DNA of 64,000 nucleotides. Origin: a virus. The position numbers were made by a program, and so were the translations under genes. The notes under the pieces were generated by a model. That model was not told the DNA's origin, ran no database searches, and worked only from the letters and a program-made list of their open reading frames with translations. Each line of letters opens with the position of its first letter. Within the stretch, counting starts at the first letter, position 1. The stretch is from UHGV virus genome UHGV-1368192, one strand, 5' to 3'. Positions 9,160 through 18,951 of the stretch are shown one piece after another.

Positions 9160-11286
9160 ATGAGTAACATTTTCGAGTTAAGGGACAAAATGAGCTCCCT
9201 TACAGGTAGGAGGGATACGGACTTCCCAGAGTCCGCCCCACTCCGAGGAGATGAGAAGATTCCTATCGTGCAGGGCAACGTCAATGTCCTGGCCACGGTA
9301 GCGGACCTCCTCTCTGTGGATCAGTCAACCTACCACTCCGTGCCTCCTAGCGTACGGACTATCGAAGCTCTGATGGATTACGTCGACAAGAAGCAGATCC
9401 CCTCGTTCAAGACGGCGGGATCTGTCTACTCATACTTCGATATGGACTCAGGTCTGTGGGAAGTGGTGAGGTACATCGGTGCGTCGACGCGATCTGAGGA
9501 TGTTAAGAACGTGGGTAACTGGGAATGGCTCTCCTCAGGATCAAGTTCCTTCAAGGGACTCTTCGGCACCAAGCGTGAGCTTGAGGTAGCTGTCCGTCGT
9601 CCAAGGGTAGGCGATCACGCCTTCGTGGGTGAGACGCTCGTCACCTCCACGATGTACAAGTGTCGTCTTGATGGCTTCTGGGAAGCATCAAGCACTAATC
9701 CCTTCCAGGACTTCATCTCCGGGCAGGGATACATCGTTTCTGAACCTACCGAGTATTTCGGTGCTCCTATTGAGGAGATCATCGCTGACAGGGCTATCGC
9801 CGACAGTGAGGGTCATGTGATCTCACAGACCTATGTCACGAGGTGTATGCTTGAGGAAGCAGTGCAGTACGCAAAGGGTAACATCGGTATTGAGGATCTA
9901 TCCCCTGAGGTCATCGCTTACCTCATTGGCATCCGTACTACTGGCATCCTTCCTAACAGTGAGGACCTGAAGTTCAACGATAAGAATGAGCTGTCCTTCG
10001 CTGACCGCAAGGCTTCAGAGACCGAGTATCTCGGGTATGGGTATGTCTACATGAGGAAGAACATAGTCGACAAGACCAACCTCCTCGAGCAGCACATGAT
10101 CGATAAGGAGAACACCATCTACGATGTTCGCTATACCTACGATCTTGATGGGCAGACTATCAACATCCCTAGTAATACTGTCCTTGACCTCACCAGCGGT
10201 GGTGCTTTCAAGAATGGTAAGATCCGTGTTGGCGAGAACGTCGTCATCAAGGTCTTCCGTATGGACCAGATCTGTGTCGATGTCGAAGGTGATCCTAAGT
10301 ACATCGATGCTGTGAGGAAGGGAGACAAGGGTGATCCCGGTGAGAAGGGTGCTGATGGTGCTCGTGGTCCACAGGGTCTTCCTGGTCGTGATGGCGCTCC
10401 TGGTGCCCCTGGACGTAACGGTATAGACGGTAGGCCCGGTCGTGATGGTCGTGATGGTATCAACGGCTCTAACGGTGCTAATGGTAAGGATGGTGCCCCT
10501 GGTATCACCCCAAGGCTCAAGGTAGAGGATAACAAGCTCTATGTGTCCTACGACAACAAGCAGACGTGGGAATGGCTGTACACCTTCACTAGCGGTGGTG
10601 GTGTAGTACCTGCACCTGAGCCTAGTCCTACGCCTGATCCTACACCTAAGCCTCCTACGCCACAGCCGGATCCCACTCCTGATCCTCCTCAACCAAAACC
10701 TGAGGAGCCTTCACAGCCTTCGTGCTCTACTGTCTTCCTCAACCGCGCAGACTACAACCTTGCATCTTACCACGACGGACTACCTGAAGGTATCTACGCA
10801 TATAGGGTCTGTGTAGAAGGTAACGCGAAGAGGAAGGATCACGGAAAGGTTCTGACCGTAGAGAGACTGCCTCTGCAGGATAAGCCTGATGAGAGGTGTG
10901 GTCCTGAAGAGTTTGTCAGTCCTATCATCGAGGATGAGATCTCTGTCGACTATGTCGATGTCGTGCAGTTCGTAGAGGACGTTGTCCCCAACGGCACTCG
11001 TGGTGTCCTCTCAGTGCTCCTGAGGAAGGGCGAGGCACGTAGGTACGATGAGAAGACCATTGATGCTCTCCTGGATAAGTACATGCGTCTTGAGCTCGCT
11101 ACATACTCTCTCTGTGAGGTTGTGAGGGATGGTCGCACTACGCTTGTCTACAAGCGCGTACACATCCTTGATCCTATCAACAGGGATAGAGATGTACTCT
11201 GCAATGTCGTAGAGAAGGATGCTATCGTAAGAGAACTGTCAGCAAGAACGTCTAACTACCCATTTGTCAAGTATGTCAAGAATTAG
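9160..11286 (+). CDS. Collagen-like repeat fibre protein.
   Basis: About 20 consecutive G-X-Y triplets at 10321-10503, then a Pro/Thr-rich linker PAPEPSPTPDPTPKPPTPQPDPTPDPPQPKPEEP at 10609-10716. Confidence 0.75.
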   Translation: MSNIFELRDKMSSLTGRRDTDFPESAPLRGDEKIPIVQGNVNVLATVADLLSVDQSTYHSVPPSVRTIEALMDYVDKKQIPSFKTAGSVYSYFDMDSGLWEVVRYIGASTRSEDVKNVGNWEWLSSGSSSFKGLFGTKRELEVAVRRPRVGDHAFVGETLVTSTMYKCRLDGFWEASSTNPFQDFISGQGYIVSEPTEYFGAPIEEIIADRAIADSEGHVISQTYVTRCMLEEAVQYAKGNIGIEDLSPEVIAYLIGIRTTGILPNSEDLKFNDKNELSFADRKASETEYLGYGYVYMRKNIVDKTNLLEQHMIDKENTIYDVRYTYDLDGQTINIPSNTVLDLTSGGAFKNGKIRVGENVVIKVFRMDQICVDVEGDPKYIDAVRKGDKGDPGEKGADGARGPQGLPGRDGAPGAPGRNGIDGRPGRDGRDGINGSNGANGKDGAPGITPRLKVEDNKLYVSYDNKQTWEWLYTFTSGGGVVPAPEPSPTPDPTPKPPTPQPDPTPDPPQPKPEEPSQPSCSTVFLNRADYNLASYHDGLPEGIYAYRVCVEGNAKRKDHGKVLTVERLPLQDKPDERCGPEEFVSPIIEDEISVDYVDVVQFVEDVVPNGTRGVLSVLLRKGEARRYDEKTIDALLDKYMRLELATYSLCEVVRDGRTTLVYKRVHILDPINRDRDVLCNVVEKDAIVRELSARTSNYPFVKYVKN

Positions 11287-12196
11287 AATTTGCAGGATCA
11301 ACAAGCCCGGACATCCTCTCCATGGCCTTGTTGTAAACTACCGCAACGCCGACGAGAATGAAGGTGGCGGTGGTGGTGGAGGTAACGTCCCTGTAGCTAC
11401 CGACAAGGAGGCTATCAAGAGTCTTATCTCTGAGGAGATGTACAGTGGTCACATCGGCGTAGGTGTACATCTTGTCGCGCAGGCTGAGGCTACCAATGAC
11501 GGCATGAACAACGCTGTGGTGCGTCCTCAGCTTGGATCTTACCTCGATATCACTGACGAGACCTTCAACAAGCTGAAGAGCAATGTCAGTAGGCTGAAGA
11601 TCAGGTGTGGTGACTTCGAGAGCTCCTTCAGGTTTGACTATAGGCCTTACCTTGATAGGGAGACCTATGACTTCCCTGACAACAAGACGATTGGTAACTT
11701 CGATCTCTACGGCTCTGCCGGTAGGAGGCTTCACATTGACGAGTTCGTCTGGGGTCAGATCCTCAACAACGCTGTTCGTGAGGAACGTAGGACGAATGTA
11801 TTCATCCCTAGTGGCTCAGGCGAAAGGGACTTCTCCGCTATCACAGCAAGGAGGGTAGCACCAGATCGGCTTAACAGGATCGGCGACCTGTCGCTCAAGA
11901 GTCCTGCCATGATTGAGAAGTTCGTTCAGTCGGCTGTGCCACTGCCATACGGACGAGCTAACTCAGCCATCCTCTCTAGGGAAGCTAACTGGGGTGATCT
12001 CATGATGCCTAATACCAACGCATCAGGTTATCCAACTCAGGAAGTCACGTACACCATTGAGTTCCTCGATGGCTCCTCCTTCTCTGGTAGTGCCACTGTT
12101 GAGCTGCGCCCCACCTTCTCCACCTACACGGCTACCAAGCTCCTGAGGAAGGATGAAGATGGATGGAGGTATGGCTTCATTAAATTCCATGCGTAA
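11273..12196 (+). CDS. Hypothetical structural protein with the N-terminal motif MSRIRICRINKPGHPLHG and a Gly7 linker.
   Basis: The ORF begins at ATG 11273; the listed upstream start is TTG. The poly-Gly run is at 11358-11390. Confidence 0.6.
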   Translation: MSRIRICRINKPGHPLHGLVVNYRNADENEGGGGGGGNVPVATDKEAIKSLISEEMYSGHIGVGVHLVAQAEATNDGMNNAVVRPQLGSYLDITDETFNKLKSNVSRLKIRCGDFESSFRFDYRPYLDRETYDFPDNKTIGNFDLYGSAGRRLHIDEFVWGQILNNAVREERRTNVFIPSGSGERDFSAITARRVAPDRLNRIGDLSLKSPAMIEKFVQSAVPLPYGRANSAILSREANWGDLMMPNTNASGYPTQEVTYTIEFLDGSSFSGSATVELRPTFSTYTATKLLRKDEDGWRYGFIKFHA

Positions 12197-13014
12197 TGGA
12201 ACTAGCATTCCAAATCATAGTAGCAGTAGTAATACTAGTAGTAATTTTAAGTATGGCTAGATACAGAATATGTAGAATAGTAAAGCCTGGGTCTCCTCTC
12301 AACGGACAGATCACTAGCAAGACTCTTGTTACTGATATCCCTAAGGAAGACACAAGCAAGCCAAGGCCAGGTGAGCGCGTCTGGATGGACCTCAGCAATG
12401 GCGGTTCCTCTGCTAAGCCCATCGAGAACTCAGAGCAGTTCTTCAAGTACAGGGTCTTCTCTTCGAGGTTCACTACAATTACCCAGATCCTGGTAGAGGC
12501 ATCTACCTACCTCGCTAAGGAGAAGGTAGGTCTAGTGGACTCTATCACGCCTAGGTTCGGTCTCATGGAGGCTGACAGCAAGGGTAGCCTCAAGGCTGTC
12601 GTAGGTGAAGACAACGCAGGTATAGCTTTCACAGCTCAGCTTGGTCTTGACACCGTAGCTGTAGCTGCTGCTCCTCAGAACCTCACCCCAGTGTCAGCTC
12701 ACTTTGTCAAGCTCTCTAAGAAGAACATCGCCGACAGAGATCGATTCAAGACCATGGCTCCAGCTGAAGCGTTCAAGCAGCTTGCTAAGGAGAAGAACAT
12801 CCCCAGCTCTGAGCTGGCAGGTAAGCAGCACACGACGCAAGACTACAACTTCAGGCTTCCTTATGCGCAGTCTGTAGATACGTCAGTCCAGTCTGGTGGG
12901 TACATCTTTACTGAGCATCGCCTTAATGTAGATCCCAAGTATGGTAGGCTCTCGTACTTCGTGATTAGCGACCAAGTGAATAACGAGCTTATTGTTTCAA
13001 CTGGTCAGTTATAA
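12196..13014 (+). CDS. Hypothetical protein with an N-terminal TM segment, then MARYRICRIVKPGSPLNG. The motif is paralogous to the upstream gene.
   Basis: 272-aa ORF coupled by a TAATG overlap. The hydrophobic stretch is IIVAVVILVVIL. Confidence 0.6.
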   Translation: MELAFQIIVAVVILVVILSMARYRICRIVKPGSPLNGQITSKTLVTDIPKEDTSKPRPGERVWMDLSNGGSSAKPIENSEQFFKYRVFSSRFTTITQILVEASTYLAKEKVGLVDSITPRFGLMEADSKGSLKAVVGEDNAGIAFTAQLGLDTVAVAAAPQNLTPVSAHFVKLSKKNIADRDRFKTMAPAEAFKQLAKEKNIPSSELAGKQHTTQDYNFRLPYAQSVDTSVQSGGYIFTEHRLNVDPKYGRLSYFVISDQVNNELIVSTGQL

Positions 13015-14987
13015 TGAGTATGGATACGGAAAATAAGAATCCAATAAGTGAGGTGTTCACCTCTGAGGGGTATGCTACCGCGCTCAAGATTAGTCCTGTA
13101 CCATACATCACGAGGCGTGAGGAAGGATCCGATTCTGTAAGTGCTATGATGGATGATTATCCCAGTATGATACTCTCTGCATTGCCTAACATGATCTTCG
13201 TTGGTCCTCCTAATCTCGTGCCTAACGACTTCGTGTATTTCGATGCTACACACAACTACGGGAATGGTGAGAAGGCGTACAGGTACAGCTATAAGGGTAA
13301 TCCCTGGGAGAGGCTTGTCTTAGACATGTTCTCTGAGGGCAAGCATGTCTATCATCGTGAGATTGACTTTGCTACTCTCCTCACCTTCGGTGTATTTGAG
13401 TCTCCTGTCACCTATGATTATCACATGACCACGCCTGAGGTTCATAAGGTTATTGGTGGTGGACGCAATGCGTATGATAACCCAAAGGTGTTCCAAACCC
13501 ACTTCGCTATGAAGCTGAGGAGAGGAGACGAGGATACTGATACGAGGATTCCTATCTTCAAGGAGATGCAGGACTACCCTTCGACGTTGTTCTACAATTC
13601 GGCTGTCGAGTCAGATGATACGACGTACAATCAGTACAATCCACTCTTCGGCGGATACCTGCGTCTTCTCTATGCTCTCCCAGGGAACGATCACTCTAAG
13701 GCTATCATCAGGCATCTCGTAGAGACGCTGAAGAGATATCCTATCGCAGGAGAGATCACCAACCTGTTTGGCAGTGAGAACATGAACCTTGGTAACTTGT
13801 CTATCGATGAGTTCCAGAATGTAGGTAACCACGTGCCTGAGGATATTGAGGAGGTAGTCATGACCATCCAGGGCAATGAGACCAACTCTGTCAATGGTGG
13901 TATCAACGCTAGGGCAGCTTTTGCCTACGCAAAGATCAACCCCACCATCAACATCGTTAGCGGGCACATCAACAACTGCCATGCTATGTTCATTGGTGCG
14001 CGAGGTACAACCACTAATCCTGAGAGGAAGAAGAATGAGGTGTTCTTCTCTCCTTGTAAGCTGAAGATCAACACCAATGGTCGTAAGAGTGGTAATGATG
14101 CTGGCAACTTCTTTGGCATAGTTCCAACGACCATCGCCGACTGCTTCAAGTTCTCCTACCTCAACCAGAAGAGCTATGACCAGTTCTTCCTCAACGCTGA
14201 CTTCAGGCACTGTAGGGACTTCTCCAACGCTTTTGCTGAGCAGGTCTTCAACAGGGTCTTCAACGCTGAGGAGGATGGCTTTGCTCCCGAGATGGTAGGG
14301 CACAGCTCCTTCGGTGACTACGGTAAGATCACTATTAAGGACCCAGCACTCTATAATGATAGTGGCGTTCGTAAGGATTTCATTACTGACGACATGAGGA
14401 GCCAATGGTTCCCAGCTATGGGTGAGTACGGAGAAGGTGACAAGAGGTGGTCGGTCAATCCTATTGGTGGTATCACTGGTATGTGTAAGTACTCTCACGT
14501 AGCAGTTATCGAGCCGATCATCAACTGTTACTATCTTTATACTGATGCTCAGTTCTACCAGGCCTTCCACTGTCCTCCTGGTCAGGTCAACTGGCCTGGC
14601 TATCGTGGCCTGAGGAGCCAGATACAGAGTGTGAGGCTGAGGAACCTCGGTAATCGCAACTTCAACTTTGCAGGCACCGTTACCGATTGGGGTACCACTA
14701 ATAGCCCAGACTGGAACCTTGAGTCTCTTGACAGGGAATCTGTAGTCTACCTCCTCAACAACATGAGGGACCAGTCACCATACGTCAATGGTAGGGAGGA
14801 CGAGCTCTTCCTTCTTGGCTCTTCCTTCACCCTCAGGATCCCTGAGAAGTGGGAAGCCTACATGACTGGTTACATGGTTGATCAGCTCATAAGGAAGGGA
14901 TGGAGAGTCTATATCGGTAATAACACTAAGCACCTTGGAGAATACATCGTATGCACTGAGGAGGAAGAAGAACCAGATCATTTATAG
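13014..14987 (+). CDS. Hypothetical structural (tail-associated?) protein.
   Basis: 657-aa ORF in the structural module. The long antisense ORF on the opposite strand is judged an artifact. Confidence 0.6.
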   Translation: MSMDTENKNPISEVFTSEGYATALKISPVPYITRREEGSDSVSAMMDDYPSMILSALPNMIFVGPPNLVPNDFVYFDATHNYGNGEKAYRYSYKGNPWERLVLDMFSEGKHVYHREIDFATLLTFGVFESPVTYDYHMTTPEVHKVIGGGRNAYDNPKVFQTHFAMKLRRGDEDTDTRIPIFKEMQDYPSTLFYNSAVESDDTTYNQYNPLFGGYLRLLYALPGNDHSKAIIRHLVETLKRYPIAGEITNLFGSENMNLGNLSIDEFQNVGNHVPEDIEEVVMTIQGNETNSVNGGINARAAFAYAKINPTINIVSGHINNCHAMFIGARGTTTNPERKKNEVFFSPCKLKINTNGRKSGNDAGNFFGIVPTTIADCFKFSYLNQKSYDQFFLNADFRHCRDFSNAFAEQVFNRVFNAEEDGFAPEMVGHSSFGDYGKITIKDPALYNDSGVRKDFITDDMRSQWFPAMGEYGEGDKRWSVNPIGGITGMCKYSHVAVIEPIINCYYLYTDAQFYQAFHCPPGQVNWPGYRGLRSQIQSVRLRNLGNRNFNFAGTVTDWGTTNSPDWNLESLDRESVVYLLNNMRDQSPYVNGREDELFLLGSSFTLRIPEKWEAYMTGYMVDQLIRKGWRVYIGNNTKHLGEYIVCTEEEEEPDHL

Positions 14988-14990
14988 AAT

Positions 14991-16952
14991 ATGAGTTGCG
15001 GATGTAACAAGGAGGTATATAAGCGACCTGAGCGTGAGCCTAAGAAGGTCCACGTCGAACAGCTTTACAGGCGCATCGATCAGACACCTTGCTCCATGGA
15101 GAGTAAGAGAGCCGTCTATCCTCAGACCGTCATGCAGGCTGTCTTTGATGGGTACACCGGCAAGCGTCTTGATCATGTGCTCACCATGGCCAACCATATC
15201 TATCTCCCATGGCGAGGCTGCCTCAAGGATACCCTTAGGCAGATCCCTCGTGGCGTTCGTCGTCGCGGGCTCGTCATCACTACGGTAGATGGTTCAGGTC
15301 AGGTTATCACGAGGCAGTACACCGGCTCCTGCAGCGATGGCTGTAAGGAGATCACCAATCCTAGGCACTGGTCTCCCATCGGCGCAAACAAGGATACGTT
15401 CTACAAGCCCTACAACATCAGGATGCAGGGTCAGAACCTCATCACTGAGTTTGTCGACGACCGCGGAAAGCTCCACGCTCTTCAGACGAAGATCGATGGT
15501 CTCTTCAGGTATGAGGTGAAGACCAGGGCATTCCTTGGCGCACCTGAGATGGCTGAGGAAGGAGTGATCTACCTGGTGCCTAACGATGATGCTCCCGGCA
15601 CGTTCCGCGAGTTCATGAAGGTTAGCTACATGCGTAATGGCCAGCTCGTCCACAAGCTCGAGCAGTTTGGTAGCGCCTCGGGTATCTGCCAGCGACAGGG
15701 TGCTCCTGATAGGAGTCTCAAGAGCGTAGTCTACGAGAACGGTGAGCTTGTCTTCCGTGTAGGTCTTAGTCCTGAGATTGATGCTGACGGATCACTTGAC
15801 GAGGTACTGCGTGTACCTTTTGCTGTTGAGAACGGTAACCTCGAGGCTCTGGAGCGTAGGGTGAAGGTTCTTGAGAACAAGGAGGACAAGGATACGATCT
15901 TCAATCCTTCTTCTCTCCTCAAGACCATTGAGGACCTGACGAACGAGTTGAAGGCTGTCAAGGCTAAGCAGGCAGAGCTGGAGCGTAAGCAGGATGTGTT
16001 CGCTGTCTCTGGTGAGTGGGTCAATGATGACACTATCAAGATCATCAACAACAACGGTACTAGCTTCCTCATCTCCAAGAATGTCGTGCAGGAATGGCGT
16101 GAGCTCCCAGCTAAGACGACCTTTGATCCTCCTCTGCCTGTAGAGTGGGACACGGCTACCGATCCTACACTCTACGCTGACGAGTCAACTGTCGTACGCA
16201 CCGCAGTTCTCGGCAAGCGAGTCGTGGTTGAGGAAGAGCTGTATCGCAATGGCCAGCCTACTGGTACCAAGCGCACGAAGAGCGATGTGCACACCCCAGG
16301 TGTAGCAGAGATGCGCAGGCGTGGTGCTAAGAAGCGTCCTGTCGTCACGACGCAGGTAGTAGTAGAGAAGGAGCCTATTCAGCCTGGACCTAACGGACCT
16401 GACCAGTACGACAATAACGCCTATGAGGATGTCATCGTCACCGTACAGCCTGTTGTTGGTGAGCGCCAGCGCAATGTCACCTACACGCTCATCGATGGTG
16501 TACGACAGGGTAATCCTCAGTACGGCGAGTGGACTGTCACTAAGCCTGCTAAGCCAGGGTACAGGGTCGTAGGTAGGAAGAAGAGGCCAGTGGCAGAGAC
16601 CTACACGACTTACCTCGGTAAGTACCCACATAGGAGCGGTGTCGGTGAGGAAGGACATCCTATAACATCTGCAGACCTCAAGGGGCTTACAGCTACTGTA
16701 GCTTCCTCACCTGCAGAGGTCTTCAAGGAGATCACTGTGGTGTCTCACGAGAACTCTAAGTTCTCCTATGCTTATCCCAAGAGTCTCGGTCCTGTGACCA
16801 AGATCATCGATGGTTCCAATGATGACATTAGGGAGAACTTCGATGAGACCACGGTGAGCGTTGATGGTGTAGACTATCTCGTCTATACGATCGCTGCACC
16901 TTTCGGCTCCACGAGAAAGCGTCAAGAAATCCCATTCACTTTTGTTAAGTAA
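14991..16952 (+). CDS. Hypothetical structural, fibre-like protein.
   Basis: 653-aa ORF with an internal coiled coil (LEALERRVKVLENKEDKD). Confidence 0.6.
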   Translation: MSCGCNKEVYKRPEREPKKVHVEQLYRRIDQTPCSMESKRAVYPQTVMQAVFDGYTGKRLDHVLTMANHIYLPWRGCLKDTLRQIPRGVRRRGLVITTVDGSGQVITRQYTGSCSDGCKEITNPRHWSPIGANKDTFYKPYNIRMQGQNLITEFVDDRGKLHALQTKIDGLFRYEVKTRAFLGAPEMAEEGVIYLVPNDDAPGTFREFMKVSYMRNGQLVHKLEQFGSASGICQRQGAPDRSLKSVVYENGELVFRVGLSPEIDADGSLDEVLRVPFAVENGNLEALERRVKVLENKEDKDTIFNPSSLLKTIEDLTNELKAVKAKQAELERKQDVFAVSGEWVNDDTIKIINNNGTSFLISKNVVQEWRELPAKTTFDPPLPVEWDTATDPTLYADESTVVRTAVLGKRVVVEEELYRNGQPTGTKRTKSDVHTPGVAEMRRRGAKKRPVVTTQVVVEKEPIQPGPNGPDQYDNNAYEDVIVTVQPVVGERQRNVTYTLIDGVRQGNPQYGEWTVTKPAKPGYRVVGRKKRPVAETYTTYLGKYPHRSGVGEEGHPITSADLKGLTATVASSPAEVFKEITVVSHENSKFSYAYPKSLGPVTKIIDGSNDDIRENFDETTVSVDGVDYLVYTIAAPFGSTRKRQEIPFTFVK

Positions 16953-16957
16953 TAAAC

Positions 16958-17497
16958 ATGGCAAGTAATTTCAAGAACATAGCCATCACCTTTGGCTATG
17001 AAGGGGATCTCCCCAACTTCGAGCGCGACCAGTTCGCCACTCTGTCGGATATGAAGCAGGTCGTCGACACCATCGACGAGGGTCACATGTCCTTCTGTAA
17101 GGAGACGAAGAAGCACTACGTCTTCCACTCTTCTAACACCCTCGATGCAACGACCGGTAAGTGGAGGGAGATCGCTGACCCTGCCGAGGTAGCTGCAAGC
17201 AAGCAGACCATCGAGGCTCAGAAGACTAAGCTCCAGTCTATCGAGGGCACCGTCAACCAGCAGAAGCAGACCATTAGCCAAGCTAAGGGTAAGGCTGATG
17301 AGAACGCTGGCAAGATCGCTACCCTTGAGTCTACTATCCAGCAGCTGCAGGCTAAGATCACTCAGCTGGAGTCCGCTCCTGCGCATGAGGATCAGATCAC
17401 TTTCCTCAAGTCGATCGCTGAGTATGAAGCTCTGCCTACGGAGAAGAAGAACAAGGACAAGCACCTCTTCGTAATCGGTAAGACTACTGAAGTATAA
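16958..17497 (+). CDS. Coiled-coil protein.
   Basis: 179 aa with a Q/K-rich heptad region. The overlapping antisense ORF 16922-17464 is L/S-rich and was rejected. Confidence 0.55.
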   Translation: MASNFKNIAITFGYEGDLPNFERDQFATLSDMKQVVDTIDEGHMSFCKETKKHYVFHSSNTLDATTGKWREIADPAEVAASKQTIEAQKTKLQSIEGTVNQQKQTISQAKGKADENAGKIATLESTIQQLQAKITQLESAPAHEDQITFLKSIAEYEALPTEKKNKDKHLFVIGKTTEV

Positions 17498-17502
17498 AGA
17501 CC

Positions 17503-18111
17503 ATGAAGGTGAACGTAACCCTACTGTTGATAGCTATCACGTTATCGGCGGTAGGGTACGCCTCCTTCCTCAGGAACGAAAACCACAGACTTCGCATTGA
17601 GGAAGAGAGAGCGTATGGAAATCTTCGCGCGGAGATAGCAGCATCAGATAGCTTGAAGAATCAGAGCAAGCTATACAAGATGACTATCGACGAGCTTGAG
17701 CAGAGAGGAGACAGCATCAGCATCGCTCTCCTCAAGACCAAGAAGGAACTCAAGGTTAAGGATAAGGATCTAAAGGCACTCGCTGAGTTCAGGTCCTCAT
17801 TCGTCACTAAGGATACCTTGGTTCTCCGCGATACTATATTTGCCCCTGGAGTCTCCGTAGATACTATCTTAGGAGATGAGTGGTACAAGCTGAGCTTAGC
17901 ATTACGCTATCCAGATACTCTAAGAACGGACCTGTCGGTGTTATCAAAGAAGCACATCGTAGTACATACGCGCAGGTTTATTCGCAAGCCATCGAAGATC
18001 TTCTTCATCCGTTGGTTCCAGAAGAGAAGCACGGAGGTCATCGTTGACGTTAAGGACTTGAACCCCTACATCAGTGAAGAAGGTAGTAGGTTCGTTGAGA
18101 TCGTAAATTAA
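17503..18111 (+). CDS. Membrane-anchored coiled-coil protein (spanin- or holin-like architecture).
   Basis: N-terminal hydrophobic segment LLLIAITLSAVGYASF followed by a coiled coil. Confidence 0.5.
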   Translation: MKVNVTLLLIAITLSAVGYASFLRNENHRLRIEEERAYGNLRAEIAASDSLKNQSKLYKMTIDELEQRGDSISIALLKTKKELKVKDKDLKALAEFRSSFVTKDTLVLRDTIFAPGVSVDTILGDEWYKLSLALRYPDTLRTDLSVLSKKHIVVHTRRFIRKPSKIFFIRWFQKRSTEVIVDVKDLNPYISEEGSRFVEIVN

Positions 18112-18113
18112 AG

Positions 18114-18467
18114 ATGCATGAGTTTATCGTTAGCAGTATTATCAGTATAGTCACCTCGACCATCAGTGCCTTCGTGACGTTCATCTTCACCAAGAAGAAG
18201 TATCAGGCGGAGACAGGTGCTATCGAGGTAGCTAACATGAAGGAGAGCCTTGAGTTCTATCAGACGCTCTCCGAGGACAACAAGAGGAGGTTGATAGTTC
18301 TCCTTGAGGAAAACGAGAAACAGCGCGAGAGCATCGAGAAGCAGCGCGAGGAGATCAGTAGGCAACGTGATGAGATCTCAGATCTCAAGGCGCAGATCGC
18401 CGAGCTGGCACACCTCGTAAGGGAAGCGACAAAGAACGCCGATGCTCACGCTGACCAAATACCCTAA
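18114..18467 (+). CDS. Small TM plus charged coiled-coil protein (holin- or i-spanin-like).
   Basis: One TM segment (FIVSSIISIVTSTISAFVTFIFT) followed by a highly charged helix. Confidence 0.5.
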   Translation: MHEFIVSSIISIVTSTISAFVTFIFTKKKYQAETGAIEVANMKESLEFYQTLSEDNKRRLIVLLEENEKQRESIEKQREEISRQRDEISDLKAQIAELAHLVREATKNADAHADQIP

Positions 18468-18471
18468 GCAA

Positions 18472-18906
18472 ATGAAGATAGAGTTAAAGAGAGTAGCGCT
18501 CAAGGATACATACACTATTGGTAAGCTGTATATCGATGGTGTGTATTTCTGCGATACGCTTGAGGACAAGGTCAGGGACCTGAACGAGAATGGTAAGTTT
18601 GACAATGGCGAGCGTAAGGTGATGCACGAGACTGCTATCCCTTATGGCAAGTACAAGGTCATCGTCAATATGTCACCACGCTTCGGTAAGGAACTTCCTC
18701 GCCTCCTCAATGTCCCTGAGTTTGACGGCATCCTTATCCACGCTGGCAACAACAAAGACCACACCTCAGGGTGTATCCTTGTGGGCAAGAATAAGGTTGT
18801 TGGTGGACTCGTGGACTCTAAGGCAACGTCTGAGGCTCTCACAGCCCGCCTAAAGGCTTCTCAGCAAAAAGGTGAAGAAATATATATCTTTATCACGCGA
18901 GGCTAA
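18472..18906 (+). CDS. Putative cell-wall hydrolase with a YkuD (L,D-transpeptidase)-like motif.
   Basis: IHAGNNKDHTSGCILVG resembles the YkuD catalytic signature HG..(S/T)HGC(I/V). Confidence 0.4.
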   Translation: MKIELKRVALKDTYTIGKLYIDGVYFCDTLEDKVRDLNENGKFDNGERKVMHETAIPYGKYKVIVNMSPRFGKELPRLLNVPEFDGILIHAGNNKDHTSGCILVGKNKVVGGLVDSKATSEALTARLKASQQKGEEIYIFITRG

Positions 18907-18951
18907 CAGAGCGCGTTTCTGAGCCTTGTAGTACATATTAAAAGAAAGAAC

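Noticed and set aside
13611-14570. A 319-aa minus-strand ORF inside the 657-aa + gene.
   Set aside because: Same antisense-artifact composition; the + ORF is translationally coupled to its neighbours.
16922-17464. A 180-aa minus-strand ORF mirroring the 179-aa + coiled-coil gene.
   Set aside because: The minus product is L/S/D low-complexity. The + product has coherent heptad repeats and sits in the + operon.
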